The position numbers and the translations under genes were made by a program. DNA of 64,000 nucleotides from Anaerolineales bacterium (lineage in GTDB: Bacteria > Chloroflexota > Anaerolineae > Anaerolineales > Villigracilaceae), in assembly GCA_025056175.1 (NCBI GenBank), contig JANWWK010000030.1, positions 108,791 through 172,790 of the forward strand, written 5' to 3'. Shown here piece by piece: positions 10,007-19,950 of the stretch. Within the stretch, counting starts at the first letter, position 1; every line of letters begins with the position of its first letter. The notes beneath the pieces were generated by a model. That model did not search any database and was not told the DNA's origin. It saw nothing but the letters and a program-made list of their open reading frames with translations.

Positions 10007-11061
10007 GACCGCCCATGAACTGGAGCAAGTGGTTCCATAAACTTGGCCTGGAAGCCAGCACCGCCCTGGTGACGGTTGCAGGAATTGGCCTTTCGGTTTT
10101 CCTCATCACCGCCATGCAGCGGCTTGTCGGCCAGGATGTGCATCTGCTTTTGCTGGTAGCGGCTATGCTTCTGCCCGTTCTTACGATTACGCCGCTGACC
10201 TATTTCGGCCTCGAACTCTTCTTCCGCAACGAAGAACTGGAAACCGAACTCATCCGCAAGGATGCCCAAATTGAAACCCTGCAAAAACAGGCCGCCGGCC
10301 AAAGCGAATCAGAAAAAGAGCAACTCATCCGCGATTTGAACTCCTTTGCCCAAACGGTGGCGCATGACCTGAAAACTCCTCTCACCACCATTACCGGGTT
10401 TGCGACCATGCTGGCTGACCAGAAGGTGCAGCTGCCGCTGGAACAACAGCGCGAAGCCTTGCAGATGATTGTCAAGACCAGCCTGAAAATGAACAACATT
10501 TTGCAAGAGTTGATGCTGCTCTCGGCAGTGCGCCAGGCCAACGTCCGGACCGGCCCAATTCAGATGGGACATGTCGTCAACCAGGCACGTCAGCGCTTGT
10601 GGGGCATCCTGACCGATAGCCAGGCCCAACTGATTGTTCCCGAAGCCTCTGCCTGGCCGCGCGTCATCGGTTACGCGGCATGGGTGGAGGAAATCTGGAT
10701 TAACTACATCAGCAACGCGGTTAAATATGGCGGCGCGCCACCTCGCATCGAACTGGGATTTGACCCGGATTACAAACGCTCACCGTCCGGTCACCGTATG
10801 GCCCGTTTTTGGGTGCGAGATAACGGCAAAGGCATTGCTCCTGAAGACCAGGCACAACTGTTTACGCAGTTTACCCGTCTGGACCAGATGCGCGCCGAAG
10901 GGCATGGGTTAGGCCTCTCCATTGTGGCGCGCATTCTTGAAAAACTGGGCGGGGAATACGGCGTCGAGAGCACACCGGGACAGGGCAGCCTGTTTTACTT
11001 CACCCTGCCCATGGCCGTCAACGAGCCAACCACACGCAGCGCGCCAAAGAGAAAAAAGTAA
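10003..11061 (+). CDS. Membrane histidine kinase with two TM helices and almost no external loop (intramembrane-sensing type)
   Basis: The start is trimmed to ATG 10003, giving an ATGA overlap with the lectin gene stop. There are 2 TM segments separated by about 9 residues. H-box VAHDLKTPL. HATPase_c boxes (NAVKYG, DNGKGI, GHGLGL). Confidence 0.8.
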   Translation: MRPPMNWSKWFHKLGLEASTALVTVAGIGLSVFLITAMQRLVGQDVHLLLLVAAMLLPVLTITPLTYFGLELFFRNEELETELIRKDAQIETLQKQAAGQSESEKEQLIRDLNSFAQTVAHDLKTPLTTITGFATMLADQKVQLPLEQQREALQMIVKTSLKMNNILQELMLLSAVRQANVRTGPIQMGHVVNQARQRLWGILTDSQAQLIVPEASAWPRVIGYAAWVEEIWINYISNAVKYGGAPPRIELGFDPDYKRSPSGHRMARFWVRDNGKGIAPEDQAQLFTQFTRLDQMRAEGHGLGLSIVARILEKLGGEYGVESTPGQGSLFYFTLPMAVNEPTTRSAPKRKK

Positions 11062-11091
11062 TCATTGTCTGTTTCTAGAGAGGAGCCGAGG

Positions 11092-12573
11092 ATGTCCGAA
11101 GAACCCAAGAAACCCACCGATTCCACAGGCGAAAAACGCGAAAAGCCCGAACCCAAAGATAACCTGGTTCTCACGCAGCACAAAATCACGTTGAACGGGC
11201 AGGAAATTGCTTACACCGTCACCACCGGCACGCTGGTTCTCAAAGAAGAACCCGACCGTGAAAAAGAATACGATGGGGAAAAGCCCAAAGCGCAGTTCTT
11301 CTTTGTCGCCTATACCCGTGAAGATGTGACCGACCCGGCGACCCGCCCGCTGACGTTCTCTTTCAATGGTGGCCCTGGCTCTTCTTCGGTCTGGCTGCAT
11401 TTGGGTTTGCTTGGTCCGCGCCGAGTAGCAATGACGTACGAAGGTGGCTTGCCTAAGCCGCCTTTTCAGCTGACCGATAACGCCTTTTCTCTGCTCGACC
11501 AGACCGACCTGGTCTTCATTGACCCGGTCAGCACGGGTTACAGCCGCCCTGCACAGGGTGAAAAGGCCAAACAATTTCATGGTTTCAAAAAAGATGTCGA
11601 AAGTGTGGGGGATTTCATCCGTTTATACACCACACGCTACAACCGCTGGCTTTCTCCCAAATTTTTGATTGGGGAAAGTTATGGCACCACCCGCGCCGGG
11701 GCATTGGCGGGCTATCTGCAAGAGCGACATGGCATGTATCTGAATGGTGTCATGCTCGTCTCAACCGTGCTGGACTTTGGCACGATTGACTTTACCCCCG
11801 GCAACGAATTGCCCTATGTCCTGTTCCTGCCCTCCTACGCGGCAACCGCCTGGTATCATCGCGCGCTCAAATTGCGCCGTCCGCTGGAAACGCTGTTGAC
11901 GGAAGTAGAGCGGTTTGCGCTCGAAGAATATGCCCCCGCTCTGCTCAAAGGCGCTTCGCTCTCTGCGCGCGAACGCGCCGCTGTGCTGGAAAAACTGGCG
12001 CGCTATACCGGCCTCTCTGCCGACTACCTCGAACGTTCCAACCTGCGTGTGCCGGATGCGCGCTTCTTCAAAGAACTACTGCGCGCACGTGGGCGCACTG
12101 TAGGCCGTCTGGATAGCCGTTTTTTGGGCATAGACCGCGATACGCTCGGTGAAACGGCTGAATACGACCCTTCTTATACCAATATTTTGGGACCCTACAC
12201 CGCCGCTTTTTATGACTACGTCCGCCGGGAATTGAAATACGAAACCGACCTGCCGTATGAAATCCTCAACTTTCAGGTCTGGCCCTGGTCGTATGCCGAA
12301 CACGAAAATCAGCATGTATACGTCGGAGAAACCTTGCGAAAGGCCATGACGGCTAACCCCCATTTGAAAATCTTCGTTGCCAACGGTTACTACGACCTGG
12401 CAACCCCCTATTTCGCCACCGAATATGTCTTCAACCATCTCGGCCTGGACGCCTCTCTACGGCAAAATGTTCAGATGGCTTACTACGAAGCCGGTCACAT
12501 GATGTATATTCACCTGCCTGCGCTCGAACAAATGAAGCAGGATTTGGCGGACTTCATCGAAAAAGCGAAATAG
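11092..12573 (+). CDS. S10 family serine carboxypeptidase
   Basis: Start at MSEEPKK, preceded by GAGGAG. Motifs NGGPGSSS and the catalytic GESYG are typical of peptidase S10. Confidence 0.75.
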   Translation: MSEEPKKPTDSTGEKREKPEPKDNLVLTQHKITLNGQEIAYTVTTGTLVLKEEPDREKEYDGEKPKAQFFFVAYTREDVTDPATRPLTFSFNGGPGSSSVWLHLGLLGPRRVAMTYEGGLPKPPFQLTDNAFSLLDQTDLVFIDPVSTGYSRPAQGEKAKQFHGFKKDVESVGDFIRLYTTRYNRWLSPKFLIGESYGTTRAGALAGYLQERHGMYLNGVMLVSTVLDFGTIDFTPGNELPYVLFLPSYAATAWYHRALKLRRPLETLLTEVERFALEEYAPALLKGASLSARERAAVLEKLARYTGLSADYLERSNLRVPDARFFKELLRARGRTVGRLDSRFLGIDRDTLGETAEYDPSYTNILGPYTAAFYDYVRRELKYETDLPYEILNFQVWPWSYAEHENQHVYVGETLRKAMTANPHLKIFVANGYYDLATPYFATEYVFNHLGLDASLRQNVQMAYYEAGHMMYIHLPALEQMKQDLADFIEKAK

Positions 12574-12588
12574 GCTGGCTTTGTCTCT

Positions 12589-13641
12589 ATGAAGGTCTAC
12601 CACTCCGACCTGCATGCCCTGCACGCGCCTGCTTTTGAGATTTTTGATGGTGGAGAGAAGATTCCCAGCTTTGAGACTCCTGAGCGCGTGGAGTGCATTC
12701 TGCAAGCTTTGCGCGCAGATGGCCGTTTCGAGATTCTTCCGCCGGAGCAGTGGAGTCTTGACCCCATCCGCGCTGTGCATGATGAAGGCTACCTGACGTT
12801 TTTGGAAACCGCCTTCACTGACTGGATGCGCGAACCCACCGATTACGAAAAAACAGCCCTGCTGCCGTCCACGTTCGCCCTTTCCCGTCGCGCAGGTCGT
12901 GTTCCAGCGAGCATTTTGGGGCGCGCCGGCTATTACATGATGGATTTATCGGCCCCAATTGTGGCCGGCACCTGGCAGGCTGCGCTGGCCTCAGCTCACT
13001 GTGCTTTGAGTGCCGCCCGATTGATTTCATCCCTCCGCTCTGCCGTTCAGACATCCGTTTCTGCTTTTGCATTGTGTCGCCCGCCCGGGCATCACGCCGG
13101 ACGGGCCTTCTGTGGTGGGTACTGTTACATCAACAACGCTGCCGTAGCCGCCCACTGGCTGACGCAATTCGGGAACGTGGCCCTGCTCGATGTGGACTAT
13201 CACGCTGCCAATGGCACACAGGACATTTTCTACGAACGCGCCGATGTGCTGACTCTCTCCATTCACGCTGACCCCGCCGAAGAATACCCCTACTACTGGG
13301 GCTATGCGGATGAAACCGGTGCGGGAGAGGGGAAGGGGTATCATCAAAACTTTCCGCTTCCGTTTGGGGTAGATGATACAACCTACCTGAAGACGCTGGA
13401 ACGTGCACTGGAGCGTATTGCCACCTATCGGCCTGCGTTCCTCGTCCTTTCCGCGGGGATGGATATTTATGGCCAAGACCCGCTCGGCAGAATTCGCGTC
13501 ACCACCGCTGGCATCGCCGAAATTGGCCGACAAATTGCCGCGCTTGCTCTGCCTACCGTGGTGGTGCTGGAAGGCGGCTACCACAACGCGGCGCTGGGGA
13601 CGAATCTGCTCGCCTTCCTGGAGGCTTTTCATGCTGCGTAA
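12589..13641 (+). CDS. Histone deacetylase-family amidohydrolase (acetylpolyamine/acetoin-utilisation type)
   Basis: Motifs CRPPGHHA and DVDYHAANGTQDIF, plus the C-terminal EGGY, are typical of the HDAC/AcuC/Aph family. Confidence 0.8.
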   Translation: MKVYHSDLHALHAPAFEIFDGGEKIPSFETPERVECILQALRADGRFEILPPEQWSLDPIRAVHDEGYLTFLETAFTDWMREPTDYEKTALLPSTFALSRRAGRVPASILGRAGYYMMDLSAPIVAGTWQAALASAHCALSAARLISSLRSAVQTSVSAFALCRPPGHHAGRAFCGGYCYINNAAVAAHWLTQFGNVALLDVDYHAANGTQDIFYERADVLTLSIHADPAEEYPYYWGYADETGAGEGKGYHQNFPLPFGVDDTTYLKTLERALERIATYRPAFLVLSAGMDIYGQDPLGRIRVTTAGIAEIGRQIAALALPTVVVLEGGYHNAALGTNLLAFLEAFHAA

Positions 13642-14518
13642 CATTCTGCGCATAGTGGTCGCATCTCTCGCTGTATTGCTTTTGTTTGTCTTTCTGGTCA
13701 ACCTGCTTGCGCGCCCGGTGTCAGACCATCCCTATTACGCCAACCGTCCCGCCGTGATGGTGATAGCCCATCAGGGCGGGGATGGTTTGTGGCCGGGCAA
13801 TACCCTGTTTGCCTTTCAAAACGCGGCTGCGCTGGGCGTAGACGTTCTGGAAATGGACCTGCACATCACCCGCGATGAAGTTCTGGTCCTGATTCACGAT
13901 GAAACCGTTGACCGTACCACCAATGGCCGCGGCGCAGTGGAAGAAATGACCCTCGCCGAACTCCAGGCTCTTGATGCCGGTTACCACTGGTCGCCAGATG
14001 GGGGTCAAACGTTTCCGTTTCGCGGACAGGGAATCACCATCCCCACGTTAGAAGAAGTCTTTCGGGCTTTTCCCGATTTGCGCATGGTTATCGAAATCAA
14101 GAAAACTGAACGCTCGATGGCTCAACCGCTGTGCGATTTGATTCGCCGCTACGACAGGCAGAAGCGTGTGCTGGTGGCATCGTTTCACGACCAGCGCATG
14201 GATGAATTCCGCGCCGTTTGCCCGGAAGTTGCCACCTCCTCGGCCCGCCAGGAGACGACCGCGTTCGTCCTGTTGAGCAAAGTATTTCTCAACGGGCTGC
14301 TCTCTCCTGCCTATCAGAGTTTGCAAGTGCCAGAATCTTCGAGCGGCATTCCGGTCATGACCCCTCAGTTTGTCCGCGCTGCGCATGCCCGCAATCTCAA
14401 AGTCGAACCCTGGACGATTGACGACCCGGCCCAAATGCGCGCATACCTTGCCTGGGGGGTAGATGGTATCATCACCGACCGCCCCGATTTGCTCCTGGAA
14501 GTTTTAGGAAAACGATAA
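13631..14518 (+). CDS. Glycerophosphodiester phosphodiesterase, N-terminally membrane-anchored
   Basis: The start is trimmed to MLRNILRIVV (ATG 13631), which overlaps the HDAC-like gene by 11 nt. GDPD motifs AHQGG and EMDLHITRDEVLVLIHDETVDRTTNG. Confidence 0.8.
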   Translation: MLRNILRIVVASLAVLLLFVFLVNLLARPVSDHPYYANRPAVMVIAHQGGDGLWPGNTLFAFQNAAALGVDVLEMDLHITRDEVLVLIHDETVDRTTNGRGAVEEMTLAELQALDAGYHWSPDGGQTFPFRGQGITIPTLEEVFRAFPDLRMVIEIKKTERSMAQPLCDLIRRYDRQKRVLVASFHDQRMDEFRAVCPEVATSSARQETTAFVLLSKVFLNGLLSPAYQSLQVPESSSGIPVMTPQFVRAAHARNLKVEPWTIDDPAQMRAYLAWGVDGIITDRPDLLLEVLGKR

Positions 14519-14526
14519 TTCCGCTT

Positions 14527-16764
14527 TCATGCGTTGCTTCGCAGCCGTTGGGCATCCAGCACGTTGGGCAGGTTTTCAATGCGGTTCAGCACGCGGCTCA
14601 GGTGGGCAATATCACGCACTTCCACCACCAGGCGAATGTCAGCGGTATCGGCCTTTTCGCGCCCATGGTTGACTTTGACTTTGACATCGGCGATGTTGAC
14701 GCCCTCGCCGTTAAGCAGGTTGGAAATATCGCCCATCAGCCCCTGCCGGTCGAAGGCTGTAACCCGAATCGGAACCGGGTACGTGTGGGTTGGCTTGCCC
14801 CAACTGACTTTGACGAAGCGTTCTCGCTCCTTGAGCGTGGCGCGCAGCACGTTCGGACAATCTTGCCGATGAATGGTAGCGCCGCGTCCGCGCGTGATGT
14901 AGCCGATGATGGGGTCACCGGGGGTGGGGTTGCAGCAACGTGCGGTTGTCGTCAACAACCCGCGCAGACCCACTACCGAAACCGCCTCCGAAGAAGTCGG
15001 CTCAGATTTGGGGGCTGAAGCCACCAGTTCATCGCTCGTTTCCTGCTCTGAAATCAGGTTGACGATGCGGCTCATCGAAAGGTCGCCGCACCCCAGTTCG
15101 ACGAACATCTCATCAGGATTTTTGTATTCCAGCTTGCGCGCCAGCGTTTCCAGGTTGATGTCGCTCAGCCCCAGGCGGCGGAACTCGCGTTCGAGCATGG
15201 CGCGTCCCTGCGCCAGGTTTTGCTCGCGGTCTTGCTTTTTGAACCACGCGCGGATTTTGGAGCGTGCCCGTTGAGTCTTGACCAGGCCCAGCGAGGGATT
15301 GAGCCAGTCGCGGCTGGGCCCGCCCTGCTTGGACGTGAGAATTTCCACCCGCTGTCCGGTTTTCAAAACGTAGTCGAGCGTCACCAGTTTGCCATCTACC
15401 TTTGCGCCGCGGCAGTGGTGACCTACGTCTGTGTGGACGTGGTAGGCAAAATCTATCGGCGTTGAACCGGCTGGCAGGTCAATGATGTCGCCTTTGGGGG
15501 TAAAGACATAGACGCGGTCCTCGAACACGTCGGTTTTCATGGAGTCGACGAATTCCTGCGCGTCGCTCACGTCCTGTTTCCATTCCATCATCGAACGCAG
15601 CCAGCGGATATGCTGTTCGTATTTCGGGTCGCGCCGTGCGCCGCCCTCCTTATAGCGCCAATGCGCTGCAATGCCGTATTCGGCGTTCTGGTGCATTTCG
15701 TGCGTGCGAATCTGCACCTCCAGCGGTTTGCCGTCATCGTAAATTACCGCCGTATGCAGGGATTGGTAGAAGTTGTCTTTGGGCGCGGCGATGTAATCGT
15801 CGAACTCGCCGGGGATGGGCCGCCAGTGCGTGTGGATGATGCCCAAGGCCGAGTAGCAGGAGGGAATATCGGCCACCAGCAGGCGCACGCCGCGAATATC
15901 ACGCACCATCTCGAACGATTTGCCCTTTTGAATCATTTTGCGGTAAATCGAATAGATGTGCTTGGGGCGTCCGCTGATTTCAGCTTTGATACCTGCCTGC
16001 TGAAGCACACGCGAAAGCGTTTTGATGATTTCTTCAATTTGTTGCTCGCGGGTCGTGCGCCGGTCGGCCAGTTGTTCGGCAATTTCTTTGTATTTTTCGG
16101 GGTTAACGTAGCGAAACGACAGGTCTTCCAGCTCCCACTTGACCTGCCAAATGCCTAACCGGTTGGCGAGCGGGGCGTAAATGTCGAGCGTCTCCTGTGC
16201 TATTCGCTTCTGTTTTTCGGGCCGCGCATAGCCCAGCGTTCGCATGTTGTGCAGGCGGTCGGCCAGTTTGATAAGCACCACACGCACGTCATCGTTCATC
16301 GCCAGAAACGTCTTACGCATCGTTTCAGTGGTCAACTGCTTCTTCCGCCGCGAAAGCTGCTCCGGCGTCAGGGGCGTTTCTGGCTCTCCGTTTTCTTCGT
16401 CGCCGAAGTGGTCACTGCGGGAAACGCGTGGCAGGCTGTCGAGTTTGGTCACCCCATCCACCAGGTTAGCAATCGTCTGCCCAAACTGCAGGCGCAACTG
16501 TTCCAGCGTCACATCAGTATCTTCGACTGTATCGTGGAGCAGGGCCGCAGCCACGACATCGGAGGGCATGCGCATTTCGGCGAGAATGCTGGCAACCGCC
16601 ACACAGTGATTGATGTACGGCTCACCCGAATGTCGCTTTTGCCCGGCGTGGGCTTGTGCGGCCAGTTCATAGGCGCGCCGTACCATATCCCGGTCAAATT
16701 CGTTGTAATAATCGGGAAGGTTTTGCATCAACTGGTCGAAATTGATGGCCTGTTCTACTTTCAT
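14527..16764 (-). CDS. relA: Bifunctional (p)ppGpp synthetase/hydrolase RelA/SpoT
   Basis: HD hydrolase domain (HDTVEDT), RelA_SpoT synthetase region, then TGS and C-terminal ACT-like domains. The start could be 16764 (MKVEQ) or 16803. Confidence 0.9.
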   Translation of the reverse strand: MKVEQAINFDQLMQNLPDYYNEFDRDMVRRAYELAAQAHAGQKRHSGEPYINHCVAVASILAEMRMPSDVVAAALLHDTVEDTDVTLEQLRLQFGQTIANLVDGVTKLDSLPRVSRSDHFGDEENGEPETPLTPEQLSRRKKQLTTETMRKTFLAMNDDVRVVLIKLADRLHNMRTLGYARPEKQKRIAQETLDIYAPLANRLGIWQVKWELEDLSFRYVNPEKYKEIAEQLADRRTTREQQIEEIIKTLSRVLQQAGIKAEISGRPKHIYSIYRKMIQKGKSFEMVRDIRGVRLLVADIPSCYSALGIIHTHWRPIPGEFDDYIAAPKDNFYQSLHTAVIYDDGKPLEVQIRTHEMHQNAEYGIAAHWRYKEGGARRDPKYEQHIRWLRSMMEWKQDVSDAQEFVDSMKTDVFEDRVYVFTPKGDIIDLPAGSTPIDFAYHVHTDVGHHCRGAKVDGKLVTLDYVLKTGQRVEILTSKQGGPSRDWLNPSLGLVKTQRARSKIRAWFKKQDREQNLAQGRAMLEREFRRLGLSDINLETLARKLEYKNPDEMFVELGCGDLSMSRIVNLISEQETSDELVASAPKSEPTSSEAVSVVGLRGLLTTTARCCNPTPGDPIIGYITRGRGATIHRQDCPNVLRATLKERERFVKVSWGKPTHTYPVPIRVTAFDRQGLMGDISNLLNGEGVNIADVKVKVNHGREKADTADIRLVVEVRDIAHLSRVLNRIENLPNVLDAQRLRSNA

Positions 16765-16898
16765 ATCTGGAATTTTAGCCCAAATAAATGAAAAAATCAT
16801 CACAAATCCGCAAGAATCCCATTACCTGTGCGAACATTTTCTACATAAATTCACAAATTCCAGTAAAATATCAGTGTTGTTTTTTTGAGGAGCCTGCT

Positions 16899-17879
16899 AT
16901 GCCCGACAGCCACCTGGAACTGCTTGCACAGGTTGCCAGTTTGTACTATGAACATAACCTGAAGCAAGAAGAAATTGCTGCCCGTACCGGTTATTCCCGT
17001 TCGATGATTTCGCGTTTGTTGACCGAAGCGCGCGAAAAAGGGGTGGTGGAAATTCACATCAATTATCCGCTCGAGCGTTGTCTGGACCTGGAAGAAGCCT
17101 TGCAAATGGCGCTTGGATTGCGGCTGGTGCGCGTCTTACAGCGCGGCACGCTAAGCTATGCTGAAATGCTCCGCAAATTGGGAGCCATGGCCGCGAAACT
17201 GGTGGAAGAACTGGTGGAGCAAGGCTGTAAGCGCATTGGCATTTCGTGGGGAACGGCGCTTTACGAAACCGTGACCGCGATGCGACGCCGCAATTACGCT
17301 GATACGCAGGTCTATCAAATCATTGGCTCTGCCGGCACCCTCACCCCTGAAACCGATGGCCCCAGCCTGGCCCGGCATCTGGCCGAGGCGCTGGGCGGAC
17401 AATATCACACCATCCCCGCGCCACTGATTGTTGCCAACCCCTCCTTGCGCGAAGCTTTGCTTTTGGAGCCAAGCATTGCGCGCGTTCTGGACGAGGCTGC
17501 CAGGCTTGACCTGGCTCTGGTGGGCATTGGCTCAATGGAACCAGCCTCTTCCAGTTGGGTGCGCGCCGGTTACTTCGATGCCGAACAGGCCCGCCGTCTG
17601 AGCCTTTCGGGCGTGGTAGGGGACGTATGTGGCATCTTGTTCGACCGTACCGGTCAATTGCGCGAACCCACTTTGCGCAATCGTGTAGTCGGTATTTCTC
17701 CCGAAGTGCTTCGGGCAGTGCCGCTCAAAATGGGCATTTCTGCCGGAGAGATGAAAACCCTGCCTATCCTGGGAGCCTGCCGTGCCGGACTGGTCAACTG
17801 CCTGGTGACGGACGAGACTGCTGCACTTGGCGTACTGGAGGCCTTCCGTGAAGATTTGGAACACACCGCGCGCTTCTGA
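16899..17879 (+). CDS. SorC/DeoR(Bsu)-family sugar-binding transcriptional regulator
   Basis: Start at MPDSHLE after GAGGAG. N-terminal HTH (EIAARTGYSRSMISRLL) followed by a SorC-type sugar-phosphate-binding domain. Confidence 0.75.
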   Translation: MPDSHLELLAQVASLYYEHNLKQEEIAARTGYSRSMISRLLTEAREKGVVEIHINYPLERCLDLEEALQMALGLRLVRVLQRGTLSYAEMLRKLGAMAAKLVEELVEQGCKRIGISWGTALYETVTAMRRRNYADTQVYQIIGSAGTLTPETDGPSLARHLAEALGGQYHTIPAPLIVANPSLREALLLEPSIARVLDEAARLDLALVGIGSMEPASSSWVRAGYFDAEQARRLSLSGVVGDVCGILFDRTGQLREPTLRNRVVGISPEVLRAVPLKMGISAGEMKTLPILGACRAGLVNCLVTDETAALGVLEAFREDLEHTARF

Positions 17880-17902
17880 TGAACGCGATTTTCTTTTTGC
17901 AC

Positions 17903-17925
17903 ATTCGTGAAAGTTGTTCACAAAT
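17903..17925. promoter_or_regulatory. Imperfect inverted repeat ATTCGTGAA-N5-TTCACAAAT, candidate operator
   Basis: 8 of 9 positions are complementary. It lies between the SorC-family regulator gene and the first dehydrogenase gene, about 25 nt upstream of a TACAAT hexamer (17951..17956). Confidence 0.35.
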
Positions 17926-17994
17926 GCTAGAAAAACTTTTGTGTTTTTTGTACAATAAGCCTGAAGATTCGTTTGCCGCTGGTCTTTGTTGCGT

Positions 17995-18969
17995 ATGTTG
18001 AACCCTTCTCCTCTTTCCCAGCCTTTTTCTCCTGAGCAGGCTTTGGGCTTGCTCGATACCATGCTTTTGATTCGCGCCTTTGAGGAAAATGCCGAAGAAA
18101 TGTATGCCCTGGGAAAAGTGCATGGCACCATGCATCTTTCAATTGGACAGGAAGCCTGCGCAGTTGGCACGGCCAGCGCTTTGCGTCCAGGTCACGACTA
18201 TCTCCTCAATGTCCATCGTGGACACGGCCACTTTCTGGCCTGGGGCGGTGATGTGAACCGTATGATGGCCGAATTCATGGGCAAAGAAACCGGCTATTGT
18301 CGTGGGCGCGGCGGCTCCATGCACATTGCTGATGTGGAAGCCAACAACCTGGGCGCCAACGGGATTGTTGCCGGGAACATGCCGATTGCCGTTGGGGTTG
18401 GACTGAGTATAAAGGCGCGTAAAACCGACCAGATTGTCTTGTGTCTGTTCGGTGATGGCGCGGCCAATGAAGGCGCGTTTCACGAATCGCTCAACATGGC
18501 TTCTATTTGGAAGCTTCCCATCCTCTATCTGTGTGAGAACAACGCTTATGCGATGTCTATGCCGGTTCGCAAGGCCATCAACATTGCTCAAATCAGCCAG
18601 CGTGCCTGTGCTTATGGCATGCCCGGAAAAACAGTGGATGGTAATGACTTGCTGGCCGTTCATCAGGCGGTTAAAGAAGCTGCAGAACACATTCGCACCG
18701 GAAATGGCCCCTACCTGCTGGAGCTGATTACCTACCGCTGGAAAGGCCATTCCAAAAGTGATAAACAGGCTTATCGCAGCCGTGAAGAAGTAAAGGAATG
18801 GATGACGAAAGACCCCATTCGACGTTTTGCTGCTCATATTGGCCTGCAAGAAGCCGCTCTGGAAGAACGCCGTAAGCAGGCGCGTGAGAAAATTCAGGCT
18901 GCTGTGGCGTTTGCTGAAGCCAGCCCGGAACCGTTGCTGGAAACCATCGAAGAGGGCGTCTATGCCTGA
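17995..18969 (+). CDS. TPP-dependent 2-oxoacid/acetoin dehydrogenase E1 alpha subunit
   Basis: E1 alpha TPP-binding region ([17 protein letters not shown]). ATG 17995 is in frame with the track ORF that starts at TTG 17986. Confidence 0.85.
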   Translation: MLNPSPLSQPFSPEQALGLLDTMLLIRAFEENAEEMYALGKVHGTMHLSIGQEACAVGTASALRPGHDYLLNVHRGHGHFLAWGGDVNRMMAEFMGKETGYCRGRGGSMHIADVEANNLGANGIVAGNMPIAVGVGLSIKARKTDQIVLCLFGDGAANEGAFHESLNMASIWKLPILYLCENNAYAMSMPVRKAINIAQISQRACAYGMPGKTVDGNDLLAVHQAVKEAAEHIRTGNGPYLLELITYRWKGHSKSDKQAYRSREEVKEWMTKDPIRRFAAHIGLQEAALEERRKQAREKIQAAVAFAEASPEPLLETIEEGVYA

Positions 18970-19948
18970 AATGACTTACGCCGAAGCCTTGCGCGATGCC
19001 ATGCGCCTTGCCATGCAAAAAGACCGGTCTGTTTTTGTGATTGGTGAAGACATCGGCGTCTATGGCGGCGCGTTTGGGGTCACTGCTGGTCTGATTGACG
19101 AATTTGGCCCCGAACGAATCATAGATACCCCCATCTCCGAAGCAGGGATTGCCGGGGCTTGTGTTGGCGCGGCACTGACCGGTATGAGACCTATTGGCGA
19201 AATGCAATTTTCCGATTTCGTCACCCTGGCAATGGAACAACTCGTCTTACAGGCTGCCAAAGTGCGCTTTATGTTTGGCGGCAAGGCCAGTGTGCCGATG
19301 GTCATGCGCTTGCCCGGTGGCTCTGGCACCGGTGCTGCGGCACAACATTCCCAAAGCCTGGAAGCCTGGTTTACCCACATTCCTGGTCTCAAAGTGGTCA
19401 TGCCTTCCACGCCGCACGATGCCAAAGGTCTGCTCCTGGCTGCTCTTTACGATGGCAACCCGGTTATTTTTGTCGAACACAAGCTGCTCTACAAAACCCG
19501 GGGAGAAGTTCCCGAAGGCTGGTACACCCTGCCGCTGGGCAAAGCGCGCGTTGTGCGCGAGGGGCGGCATCTGACTCTGGTTGCGACCTCCATCGAGGTC
19601 TTGCGTGCGCAACAGGCTGCGCAAACCCTTGCGGCAGAAGGTATCGAACTTGAGATTGTAGACCCGCGCACCTTGCGCCCGTTAGATGTTGAAACCATTG
19701 CCGAATCGGTCAAAAAGACCGGCAAACTGCTGATTGTGCATGAGGCGGTCAAAACCGGTGGATTCGGCGCCGAGGTGGCTGCCCGCATCGCTGAGCATGA
19801 AGCGTTCGATTACCTGGAAGCTCCCATCCGCCGTCTGGCCGGCCGAGAAACGCCCATTCCCTACAACCGAACGCTGGAATACCATACCGTGCCACAGGTC
19901 GAAGACATCATTGCCGAAGCCCGCAAACTGGCGAAAGGCGAGTATTGA
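18962..19948 (+). CDS. 2-oxoacid/acetoin dehydrogenase E1 beta subunit
   Basis: The start [10 protein letters not shown] overlaps the E1 alpha stop by 8 nt. The sequence is transketolase-like pyrimidine-binding and C-terminal domain type. Confidence 0.85.
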   Translation: MPEMTYAEALRDAMRLAMQKDRSVFVIGEDIGVYGGAFGVTAGLIDEFGPERIIDTPISEAGIAGACVGAALTGMRPIGEMQFSDFVTLAMEQLVLQAAKVRFMFGGKASVPMVMRLPGGSGTGAAAQHSQSLEAWFTHIPGLKVVMPSTPHDAKGLLLAALYDGNPVIFVEHKLLYKTRGEVPEGWYTLPLGKARVVREGRHLTLVATSIEVLRAQQAAQTLAAEGIELEIVDPRTLRPLDVETIAESVKKTGKLLIVHEAVKTGGFGAEVAARIAEHEAFDYLEAPIRRLAGRETPIPYNRTLEYHTVPQVEDIIAEARKLAKGEY

Positions 19949-19950
19949 CC

